Under the pieces are notes generated by a model. The model did no database searches and was not told where the DNA came from. It saw only the letters and a list, made by a program, of their open reading frames with translations. The translations under genes and the position numbers were made by a program. DNA of 64,000 bases. Origin: Pecten maximus (taxonomy: Eukaryota). Shown one piece after another: positions 26,649 to 39,600 of this stretch (position 1 is its first letter; the number at the start of each line of letters is the position of its first letter). The stretch spans positions 40,610,001 through 40,674,000 of the forward strand of contig NC_047025.1 of assembly GCF_902652985.1 (NCBI RefSeq), in the 5' to 3' direction.

Positions 26649-27631
26649 ATGGGTGCCGTCAACAGTTGCTGCATCCCTCGCCACACAGGCAGTGACTGTG
26701 GTGAAAACCATACCAAGACCCCAAAGGGCAAAGGTCACAGGCGCAATCTAAGTGCAACCTTCAACTTGAGTCTTGTAGAAGACGATCCACTTCAAACTCT
26801 AATCAATATTAATTTTGCTACAGAGGAAGAGCTGATGACATTGCCAGGGATTAATAGGGCCACATCACAGAGTATTATTGAGTATCGCAGACAAATTGGA
26901 GGATTTAAAAAAGTGGAAGATTTAGCTCTGGTTTCTGGAGTAGGTGCTACAAAATTAAATGTTATCAGGAATGAAATATGTGTATCAAAAAAATCATCCA
27001 ATACGAGTGGTACAAGTTCATCGCGAGGGAGTTCTCTGAGCAGTAGTAAGCAGGATCTGTCTGTGGCACATTTAAACAAAGAACAGCCTAAAAAGTCTGC
27101 TACAGTTCCAACGCTAATTAACATCAATACCTCAAATGTTTTCCAATTGATGAAAATAAAAGGGGTTGGTCAGTCGCTCGCTGAAAATATTGTGGCGTAC
27201 CGTGACAAAAAAGGTCCCTTTTCAACAGTAGAGGATCTAGTCAAAGTCAAGGGCATCGGTCCATCAGTATTAAGTACAATTAAGTATTTGGTGACTGTGG
27301 AAGATAACTTGTCTTCTTCAGAGGAACGTTCTGACCATAGATCAGAACTAAATGGGGACTTAGCAAATAGAGTTTCCCCCCCAGAAACAAGAGGCGTAGG
27401 GTTAGACAACAGTCAACCACGGTTACTGACAGCTTCTGTAGAAAACATTCTGGATATAATTAAGCCAATTGTGAAAAATTCTAAAAGGCCAAATGTTACA
27501 CCATTTTTATTCAAGAGAAAAAAACGACATGCTGTACGATTGGCTTCTTGGAATATTGAGCGATTTTCATCAGAAAAAGCAGATAACATCGGTGTGAAAG
27601 AAGTTGTCTGTCTGACAGTTTTAGAAAATGG
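26649..27631 (+). CDS. EEPD1: EEPD1 first coding exon (two HhH domains plus start of EEP domain)
   Basis: ININFATEEELMTLPGINR...VEDLALVSGVG and ININTSNVFQLMKIKGVG...VEDLVKVKGIG; gg|gtaagt donor. Confidence 0.95.
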
Positions 27632-30600
27632 GTAAGTATCTAATAAATGGCTATAGTGGTGTACACCAGGATAGCAGTGAAATGAGACCTTCGGGCTGTT
27701 GGACCTTTAATGCTGCTGTTTAGACAAATTATTTCTGTGGTTTGAAATTTCATTTACTTCTGGATAAGTCTACAGAACATATTAAATCCAAAGTTAAGCA
27801 TGAAAAGTAAAGTGTCTGTCAATGTAGAGAGCTCAAAGTTGTTCTAAATTAAGGAGATTAGTCTTTGGGCTGGAGTTTTATAGTAGAAGCTGTGTAATGG
27901 TGGGAGGCTTAGTTTTATGTAGAATAACTGGAAAAGATAAAAAAAAATGTCCTATTATGAATCAAACAAACACCATGTAATTGATAAAGAAGTTGAGAAT
28001 CCCAGAGCTAAATATTTCATTTCCAGGACCTGTAAAGGGTTGAAACTGTTTACCTGTGTATATAATGGCCATAGCTGTCATATCAATTGCTGTTAACAAA
28101 GTCATGTTTTTCATATTACATAATTATATAAATTACAGCAACCACTAAATTAGTAGCATTGTAGCTGGGGAGACCAATATATACTATAGAACAGGTAAAA
28201 TCTCCAGTCATTATATAGACAGGTATATATACACCAGGTAGACAATGGGAAATATAGAACAGGTAAAATCTCAAGTCATTATATAGACAGGTATATATAC
28301 ACCAGGTAGACAATGGGAAATATAGAACAGGTAAAATCTCCAGTCATTATATAGACAGGTATATATACATCGTACACCAGGTAGACATTGGGAAATATAG
28401 AACAGGTAAAATCTCCAGTCATTATATAGACAGGTATATACACCAGGTAGACATTGGGAAATACGTATACAGAACAGGTAAAATCTCCAGTCATTATATA
28501 GACAGGTATATACACCAGGTAGACATTGTGAAAGAAATGTACCTGCTCATCAATTGTACACAAATTAGATTGTCTATTTACGATCAGCTCTAAGAGTTGG
28601 ATTATAGTGACACTTGTGGGTCATGTACATTGTATGTAATAATTTATTGATAGCATATAAGTCTTCAGGTTGATTACATGTATTGGTTTACATGCAGTGT
28701 GACCAATAGCAGATTTTAAGAGTGGTGTCGGAGGAGGAACATGACGTATATTACTTCAGCCATATTCTGTATTAAATTCTTCTTGTTAGCTCACCTGGCA
28801 GAAGGGCTATATCTATACATGTATATAGCTAGTGAGCTTATGGTGTGGTGTGGCATCCATCATCAGTTTAAATTAGTGTCACACATATGCATAATACGTA
28901 CCTCCTGCATAGAAAATATCTGGACTTATTTTTATACCCCTACCAAACCATACATAGAAAATATCCGGATATGTTTTATACCCCTACCAAACCATACATA
29001 GAAAATATCCGGATATTTTTTATACCCCCTACCAAACCATACATAGAAAACATCCGGACATTTTTTATACCCCCTACCAAACCATACATAGAAAATATCC
29101 AGACATTTTTTATACCCCTACCAAACCATACATAGAAAATATCCAGATGTTTTTATATACCCTAGCTACCAAACCATACATAGAAAATATCCAGACATTT
29201 TTTTATACTCCATACCAAACCATACATAGAAAATATCCAGACGTTTTTTTATACTCCATACCAAACCATACATAGAAAATATCCAGACGTTTTTATATAC
29301 CCACTACCAAAACCATACATAGAAAATATCCAGACATTTTTTATACCCTCTACCAAACCATACATAGAAAATATCCTGATATTTTTTACACCCCCTACCA
29401 AACCATACATAGAAAATATCCGGACATTTTTTATACCCTCTACCAAACCAAACATAGAAAATATCCGGACATTTTTTTAAACCCCCTACCAAACCATACA
29501 TAGAAAATGCCCGGATAATTGTTACACCCTTACCAAACTGTGCACCATTTTCATAAAAGTACCCCCTCACCAAAAATCTTTAATTATAACCTTATCAGTC
29601 TGAAACAGTAAAGATATGAATAGACAACTCAGTGGGTGTCATTCATAATGCTTCTGACTTCACCCACCCAATCCCCACCCAAGAGCAAAATGATTGACAA
29701 AATTAAAATAAAACATTCTTGGAAGGGGGGGAAGGGGTACATTTTATGCAGGAATAAAAAGTATCCATTCAGATACATTCTGATTTGGAGGGGAGACTTG
29801 AATAGAAAAACTATTGCGACTTTGGTGAACAGGGTGTAAAGGAAGGCTATCGTGATTTTGGTGACCAGAGTGTATAGGATTTAGACTATCAAGACTTAAG
29901 TGACCAGAGTGTATAGGATTTAGGCTATCAAGACTTAAGTGACCAAAGTGTATAGGATTTAGACTATCATGACTTTGGTGACCAGAGCCTATAGGATTTA
30001 GACTATCGTGACTTTGGTGACCAGAGTGTATAGGAATTAGACTATCGTGACATTGGTGACCAGGGTGTATAGGAATTAGCTTAGACTATCGTGACATTGG
30101 TGACCAGGCTGTATAGGAATTAGCTTAGACTATCGTGACATTGGTGACTAGGCTGTATAGGAATAAGACTATCGTGACATTGGTGACCAGGGTGTATAAG
30201 AATTAGACTATCGTGACATTGGTGACCAGGGTGTATAGGAATTAGACTATCATGACTTTGGTGACCAGGGTGTATAGGAATTAGACTATCGTGACATTGG
30301 TGACCAGGCTGTATAGGAATTAGACTATCGTGACTTTGGTGACCCAGGGTGTATAGGAATTAGACTATCGTGACATTGGTGACCAGGCTGTATAGGAATT
30401 AGACTATCGTGACTTTGGTGACCAGGGTGTATAGGAATTAGACTATCATGACTTTGGTGACCAGGGTGTATAGGAATTAGACTATCATGACTTTGGTGAC
30501 CAGGGTGTATAGGAATTAGACTATCATGACTTTGGTGACCAGGGTGTATAGGAATTAGACTATCGTGACATTGGTGACCAGGCTGTATAGGAATTAGACT

Positions 30601-33600
30601 ATCGTGACTTTGGTGACCAGGGTGTATAGGAATTAGATTATCGTGACTTTGGTGACCAGGGTGTATAGGAATTAGACTATCGTGACTTTGGTGACCAGGC
30701 TGTATAGGAATTAGACTATCGTGACTTTGGTGACCAGGCTGTATAGGAATTAGACTATCGTGACATTGGTGACCAGGCTGTATAGGAATTAGACTATCGT
30801 GACTTTGGTGACCAGGCTGTATAGGAATTAGACTATCGTGACTTTGGTGACCAGGGTGTATAGGAATTAGACTATCGTGACTTTGGTGACCAGGCTGTAT
30901 AGGAATTAGACTATCGTGACTTTGGTGACCAGGCTGTATAGGAATTAGACTATCGTGACATTGGTGACCAGGCTGTATAGGAATTAGACTATCGTGACTT
31001 TGGTGACCAGGCTGTATAGGAATTAGACTATCGTGACTTTGGTGACCAGGCTGTATAGGAATTAGACTATCGTCACTTTGGTGACCAGGCTGTATAGGAA
31101 TTAGACTATCGTGACATTGGTGACCAGGCTGTATAGGAATTAGACTATCGTGACTTTGGTGACCAGGCTGTATAGGAATTAGACTATCGTGACTTTGGTG
31201 ACCAGGGTGTATAGGAAGACTTACGTGACTTTGGTGACCAGGCTGTATAGGTAGACTTACGTGACTTTGGTGACCAGGGTGTATAATAGGAATTAGACTA
31301 TCGTGACATTGGTGACCAGGGTGTATAGAAATTAAACTATTGTGACTTTGGTGACCAGGCCTAGGGTGTATAGGAAGACTATCTTGACCTGATATCTCGT
31401 TGATCTTGTATGAAGTATGTTGACTTATATAATACCAATAAATCATGATTGCCAGTACATTGATACTGTCAGCGATGCACTGTGTATCAGTATAATGTTC
31501 GTTGATTGATTCCTTTGTGTCTAGGACAGGATTGCTACAAGGACATGTATTCTGTGTGGATTTGTAGGTATATACATTAATGTTGTATACAACTTACACA
31601 GCCAATTAAAACCTACAGTCATAAACAGTACAAATTGTCAATCAGAATTATAGACTGGCATTCAGAGTTCTATTGTCACCTTGTCATCACATTGACCTCA
31701 CATGTTCCTTACCTGTAGGTATACAACACCATGAGGAGTAATATTACAGGGCTATAAGTACAAACAGTTTACGGACATATACCTTACCTGTACAACACCA
31801 TCCACTGGCGGATTTAAGGGGGAGGGGTGTGTTTTTTTGTTGAAAAAAAAAATCATGAAAGTTGTAGATATATAGCTGATGCAAATCATAATAAAATTTA
31901 AGATGACTTCTCAAGAAACTTCTATGTTAATGTTAATGATATTTACAGTTTTCCAGAGAGATTGTGATAAATACAATGAATTTGATATGTATCATCAAGG
32001 TCGCAGGGTGTGAGATGTATACCTTGATCTTTAGATTGGGACTTCCGAAGTTGGTAAAAAGATGACTTTGACTATTATTCAAGGTCACAAGGGTCAAATA
32101 TTTTTCTTCTGTCATGAATTAACTAAAGTCATGACCTTTATAAGGTCACCATTAGCTTGTTTTGGTATACAGGTTGTGTTCATTGGTGGATGCGTCATTT
32201 GAATGATCTTTAATTTATAGTTTATTATCAGATACAGAGATAGATCCCAGGATTTGTAATTTGTAGTTTATTATCAGATACAGAGATAGATCGCAGGATT
32301 TGTAATTTGTAGTTTATTATCAGATACAGAGATAGATCGCAGGATTTGTAATTTGTAGTTTATTATCAGATACAGAGATAGATCCCAGGATTTGTAATTT
32401 GTAGTTTATTATCAGATACAGAGATAGATCCCAGGATTTGTAATTTGTAGTTTATTATCAGATACAGAGATAGATCCCAGGATTTGTAATTTGTAGTTTA
32501 TTATCAGATACAGAGATAGATCCCAGGATTTGTAATTTGTAGTTTATTATCAGATACAGAGATAGATCCCAGGATTTGTAATTTGTAGTTTATTATCAGA
32601 TACAGAGATAGATCGCAGGATTTGTAATTTGTAGTTTATTATCAGATACAGAGATAGATCCCAGGATTTGTAATTTGTAGTTTATTATCAGATACAGAGA
32701 TAGATCCCAGGATTTGTAATTTGTAGTTTATTATCAGATACAGAGATAGATCGCAGGATTTGTAATTTGTAGTTTATTATCAGATACAGAGATAGATCCC
32801 AGGATTTGTAATTTGTAGTTTATTATCAGATACAGAGATAGATCCCAGGATTTGTAATTTATAGTTTATTATCAGATACAGAGATAGATCCCAGGATTTA
32901 AGGAATTCCAATAATGGTCAAGTGTTGAATAGCCCACTACATGACCATCAATTAATCTTCACCCAATTTGTCTCCACTACATGACCGTCAATTAATCTTC
33001 ACCCAATTTGTCTCGGTCAGTACTGGTCAAGACATTTACATGGACCTGGCCATGGTATATGGCTACATATCTAATAAGTAATCAGCACATGTATAGTGTG
33101 AACATGTATTGGCCAATAAAATGGTTCCAGCTATTGATCAGCCAATTGCAATGGCTGCCTGTATTCTTAATACTGGTGTTGATGAATGTATCTATAGCAG
33201 TGTAACTTTATCTTAATACTGGTGTTGATGAATGTATCTATAGCAGTGTAACTTTATCTTCATCATTTAATCATCTTCACTGTAGATTGTACACCACACC
33301 TGTACTGTGGTCATTAGATTGTACACCACACCTGTACAGTGGTCATTAGATTGTACACCACACCTGTACAGAGGTAATTAGATTGTACACCACACCTGTA
33401 CAGTGGTCATTAGATTGTACACCACACCTGTACTGTGGTCATTAGATTGTACACCACACCTGTACAGTGGTCATTAGATTGTACACCACACCTGTACTGT
33501 AGTCATTAGATTGTACACCACACCTGTACTGGGGTCATTAGATTGTACACCACACCTATACAGAGGTCATTAGATTGTACACCACACCTGTACTGTGGTC

Positions 33601-36600
33601 ATTGATTGTACACCACACCTGTACAGAGGTCATTAGATTGTACACCACACCTGTACAGAGGTCATTAGATTGTACACCACACCTGTACTGTAGTCATTAG
33701 ATTGTACACCACACCTGTACTGTGGTCATTAGATTGTACACCACACCTGTACAGAGGTCATTAGATTGTACACCACACCTGTACAGAGGTCATTAGATTG
33801 TACACCACACCTGTACTGTAGTCATTAGATTGTACACCACACCTGTACAGAGGTCATTAGATTGTACACCACACCTGTACTGTGGTCATTAGATTGTACA
33901 CCACACCTGTACTGTAGTCATTAGATTGTACACCACACCTGTACTGTAGTCATTAGATTGTACACCACACCTGTACTGAGGTCATTAGATTGTACACCAC
34001 ACCTGTACTGAGGTCATTAGATTGTACACCACACCTGTACTGTGGTCATTAGATTGTACACCACACCTGTACTGAGGTCATTAGATTGTACACCACACCT
34101 GTACTGTGGTCATTAGATTGTACACCACACCTGTACAGAGGTCATTAGATTGTACACCACACCTGTACAGAGGTCATTAGATTGTACACCACACCTGTAC
34201 AGAGGTCATTAGATTGTACACCACACCTGTACTGTAGTCATTAGATTGTACACCACACCTGTACTGAGGTCATTAGATTGTACACCACACCTGTACTGTA
34301 GTCATTAGATTGTACACCACACCTGTACTGTAGTCATTAGATTGTACACCACACCTGTACAGAGGTCATTAGATTGTACACCACACCTGTACAGAGGTCA
34401 TTAGATTGTACACCACACCTGTACTGTAGTCATTAGATTGTACACCACACCTGTACTGTGGTCATTAGATTGTACACCACACCTGTACTGTGGTCATTAG
34501 ATTGTACACCACACCTGTACTGAGGTCATTGATTGTACACCACACCTGTACTGTGGTCATTAGATTGTACACCACACCTGTACTGTAGTCATTAGATTGT
34601 ACACCACACCTGTACTGAGGTCATTAGATTGTACACCACACCTGTACTGTGGTCATTAGATTGTACACCACACCTGTACTGTGGTCATTAGATTGTACAC
34701 CACACCTGTACAGAGGTCATTAGATTGTACACCACACCTGTACTGTGGTCATTAGATTGTACACCACACATGTACTGTAGTCATTAGATTGTACACCACA
34801 CCTGTACAGATGTCATTAGATTGTACACCATACCTGTACTGTGGTCATTAAATTGTACACCACACCTGTACTGTGGTCATTAGATTGTACACCACACCTG
34901 TATTGAGGTCATTAGATTGTACACCACACCTGTACAGAGGTCATTAGATTGTACACCACACCTGTACTGGGGTCATTAGATTGTACACCACACCTGTACA
35001 GTGGTCATTAGATTGTACACCACACCTGTACTGTGGTCATTAGATTGTATTATTTAGATTTGATCATTAGTGTCAGTTAATATAACATAACAACATATTC
35101 TAGGTAACACAATACATGAATGTTTATATATATTTATACAGTAGTGCAAACTTAACGGGTTTTAACTTTAAGTACAGAAGACCAGACAACATCCGTAGGG
35201 AGATCGTCAGCAGGTTTAATGGGTTACATGTTTCGGCATACTATAGGTATGCCGTCCTTATCAAAACAGTGGAACATTTCAAAATACAGGACTTATAGTA
35301 CCCCTGCCTAGCAACTTTTTTAAAGCTTGTTCATTCTCTATTGTCATGCCAACAAGTTTATCTTTATGTGATCCATCAAACAGCAAAGTCGTAAACAAAC
35401 TTTTAACTTTGTTGGTTGTATTTTCTTTCCATTTTCCCCTTGATTGACAATGTTGATTAAGGCGTTTGTGCCAGCATCTTGTCCATAACAACTGGTTTTC
35501 ATTGCATCTTCAGGCTAAGTTTGGTGGCATTCCAAGAATTGGCTGACGAAGAGGCACTTACAAAGGTGAGTATTGCCACAGTAATCAGTTACCATGACAA
35601 CTAACATATGATAATTAATACTGCCTACAAGATGTCTGTTATTGTGATCAGTGTGATTCCTGTGTGGAGTTACAATAGCAACTTCTTACACTGCCCATCT
35701 CGGTTCTCAGATATATGTATGGTATATATACTATACATGTATAGCTACTCATCTCTAAATTGATATTGAAATTATAATGTACGTAAGGGATGTTGGTTTT
35801 GGATGACAGATATTACCTGTAGCTAATTACATACCCGGCCCTATCCCACAGGTATGACCTCTGCTATCCACAGTTATAGTGACATTATAGATACTAGTTA
35901 TAGGTCGGTGATGAATTTATATTTTATGTTTCATATCTTTTGTTCGAGTGTAAGCCTTACAGCATTTCTCATCAAGAACGTTGGGGCAGTGTATTTCATA
36001 TTTTGTTGTCAAGGTGACTTTGACAGGTGACCTATATATGGATCAGTCTCAATTGACAGAATGGTTTATATACAAGTCACTGAGTGCAAAATATGTGATT
36101 ATCTCACCTGACCAAGAGAACATATATATGTGATGTCACAATACACATCAGTATTATAATGGGGATAAATCAGCACGTTATACCAAATGTTTGGTAGGAC
36201 AAATCTAATTACAGGTATTTTGATAGATACAGGGTATTTAAAGATAAACATTTTCTGAAGGGAAAGTATCCTTTCTTATATCAAGTGTTCTTTGGTTTGA
36301 TGGAATATTTTAACTTCTAAATCTGAGAATGATAGGAAAGAACCCGGTGATACTGAGGACCTGGTGATACTGAGGACCTGGTGATACTGAGAACCTCATT
36401 GACCTCTTGTTTAGCATAGAAAAGAAATACTGTGGTGTACTGCTATATATATGTGGGGGGATGACACGGCTATCTGTATATATGTGGCCGAGGGATGACA
36501 CGGCTATCTGTATATATGTGGGGGGATGACACGGCTATCTGTATATATGTGGCCGAGGGATGACACGGCTATCTGTATATATGTGGGGGGATGACACGGC

Positions 36601-39600
36601 TATCTGTATACATGTGGGGGGATGACATGGCTATCTGTATATATGTGGCCGAGGGATGACACCGCTATCTGTATATATGTGGCCGAGGGATGACACGGCT
36701 ATCTGTATATATTTGTCCGAGGGATGACACGGCTATCTGTATATATGTGGGGGGATGACACGGCTATCTGTATATATGTGGGGGGATGACACGGCTATCT
36801 GTATATATGTGGCCGAGGGATGACACGGCTATCTGTATATATGTGGGGGGATGACACGGCTATCTGTATATATGTGGCCGAGAGGGATGACACGACTATC
36901 TGTATATATGTGGCCGAGAGGGATGACACGGCTATCTGTATATATGTGGGGGGATGACACGGCTATCTGTATATATGTGGCCGAGGGATGACACGGCTAT
37001 CTGTATATATGTGGGGGGATGACACAGCTATCTGTATATATATGGGGGGATGACACAGCTATCTGTATATATGTGGGGGATGACACAGCTATCTGTATAT
37101 ATTTGTCCGAGGGATGACACGGCTATCTGTATATATGTGGGGGATGACACAGCTATCTGTATATATGTGGGGGGATGACACGGCTATCTGTATATATGTG
37201 GCCGAGGGATGACACGGCTATCTGTATATATGTGGGGGGATGACACGTATATCTGTATATATTTGTCCGAGGGATGACACAGCTATCTGTATATATTTGT
37301 CCGAGGGATGACACGGCTATTTGTATATATGTGGGGGATGACACAGCTATCTGTATATATGTGGGGGGATGACACGGCTATCTGTATATATGTGGGGGGA
37401 TGACACGGCTATCTGTATATATGTGGCCGAGGGATGACACGGCTATCTGTATATATGTGGGGGGATGACACGGCTATCTGTATATATGTGGGGGATGACA
37501 CAGCTATCTGTATATATGTGGCCGAGAGGGATGACACCGCTATCTGTATATATGTGGGGGGATGACACGGCTATCTGTATATATGTGGGGGGATGACACA
37601 GCTATCTGTATATATGTGGCCGAGAGGGATGACACGGCTATCTGTATATATGTGGGGGGGGATGACACAGCTATCTGTATATATGTGGGGGGGGATGACA
37701 CAGCTATCTGTATATATGTGGGGGGATGACACGGCTATCTGTATATATGTGGGGGGATGACACGGCTATCTGTATATATGTGGCCGAGGGATGACACGGC
37801 TATCTGTATATATGTGGGGGGATGACACGGCTATCTGTATAGATGTGGGGGATGACACGGCTATCTGTATATATGTGGCCGAGAGGGATGACACGGCTAT
37901 CTGTATATATGTGGGGGGATGACACAGCTATCTGTATATATATGGGGGGATGACACAGCTATCTGTATATATGTGGGGGATGACACAGCTATCTGTATAT
38001 ATTTGTCCGAGGGATGACACGGCTATCTGTATATATGTGGGGGATGACACAGCTATCTGTATATATGTGGGGGGATGACACGGCTATCTGTATATATGTG
38101 GGGGGATGACACGGCTATCTGTATATATGTGGCCGAGGGATGACACGGCTATCTGTATATATGTGGGGGGATGACACGTCTATCTGTATATATTTGTCCG
38201 AGGGATGACACAGCTATCTGTATATATTTGTCCGAGGGATGACACGGCTATTTGTATATATGTGGGGGATGACACAGCTATCTGTATATATGTGGGGGGA
38301 TGACACGGCTATCTGTATATATGTGGGGGGATGACACGGCTATCTGTATATATGTGGCCGAGGGATGACACGGCTATCTGTATATATGTGGCCGAGGGAT
38401 GACACGGCTATCTGTATATATGTGGGGGATGACACGGCTATCTGTATATATGTGGCCGAGGGATGACACCGCTATCTGTATATATGTGGCCGAGGGATGA
38501 CACGGCTATCTGTATATATGTGGGGGATGACACGGCTATCTGTATATATATTGGGGGGATGACACGGCTATCTGTATATATTTGTCCGAGGGATGACACG
38601 GCTATCTGTATATATGTGGCCGAGGGATGACACGGCTATCTGTATATATGTGGCCGAGGGATGACACGGCTATCTGTATATATGTGGGGGGGATGACACG
38701 GCTATCTGTATATATGTGGGGGATGACACGGCTATCTGTATATATGTGGCCGAGGGATGACACGGCTATCTGTATATATGTGGCCGAGGGATGACACGGC
38801 TATCTGTATATATGTGGGGGATGACACGGCTATCTGTATATATGTGGGGGGATGACACGGCTATCTGTATATATGTGGGGGGATGACACGGCTATCTGTA
38901 TATATGTGGCCAAGGGATGACACGGCTATCTGTATATATGTGGCCAAGGGATGACACGGCTATCTGTATATATGTGGCCGAGGGATGACACGGCTATCTG
39001 TATATATGTGGCCGAGGGATGACACGGCTATCTGTATATATGTGGGGGGATGACACGGCTATCTGTATATATGTGGCCGAGGGATGACACGGCTATCTGT
39101 ATATATGTGGGGGGATGACACGGCTATCTGTATATATGTGGCCGAGGGATGACACGGCTATCTGTATATATGTGGGGGGGATGACACGGCTATCTGTATA
39201 TATGTGGCCGAGGGATGACACGGCTATCTGTATATATGTGGGGGGATGACACGGCTATCTGTATATATGTGGAGGGATGACACGGCTATCTGTATATATG
39301 TGACCGAGAGGGATGACACGGCTATCTGTATATATGTGACCGAGAGGGATGACACGGCTATCTGTATATATGTGACCGAGAGGGATGACACGGCTATCTG
39401 TATATATGTGGCCGAGGGATGACACGGCTATCTGTATATATGTGGCCGAGGGATGACACGGCTATCTGTATAACTCTTTCTAATCATTCCCAACATCACC
39501 TTGTTCATGTTTTTGTGGATGTTGCCTTAAGTTAATGAGAATTACTCAGTCTTCTGGTTTGTTTGAAGTTTAGTATCAGATTTCAAATTCATAACTCATT

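Noticed and set aside
30325-31446. 373-aa His/Pro-rich repeat ORF
   Set aside because: 39-bp minisatellite on the antisense strand of an EEPD1 intron.
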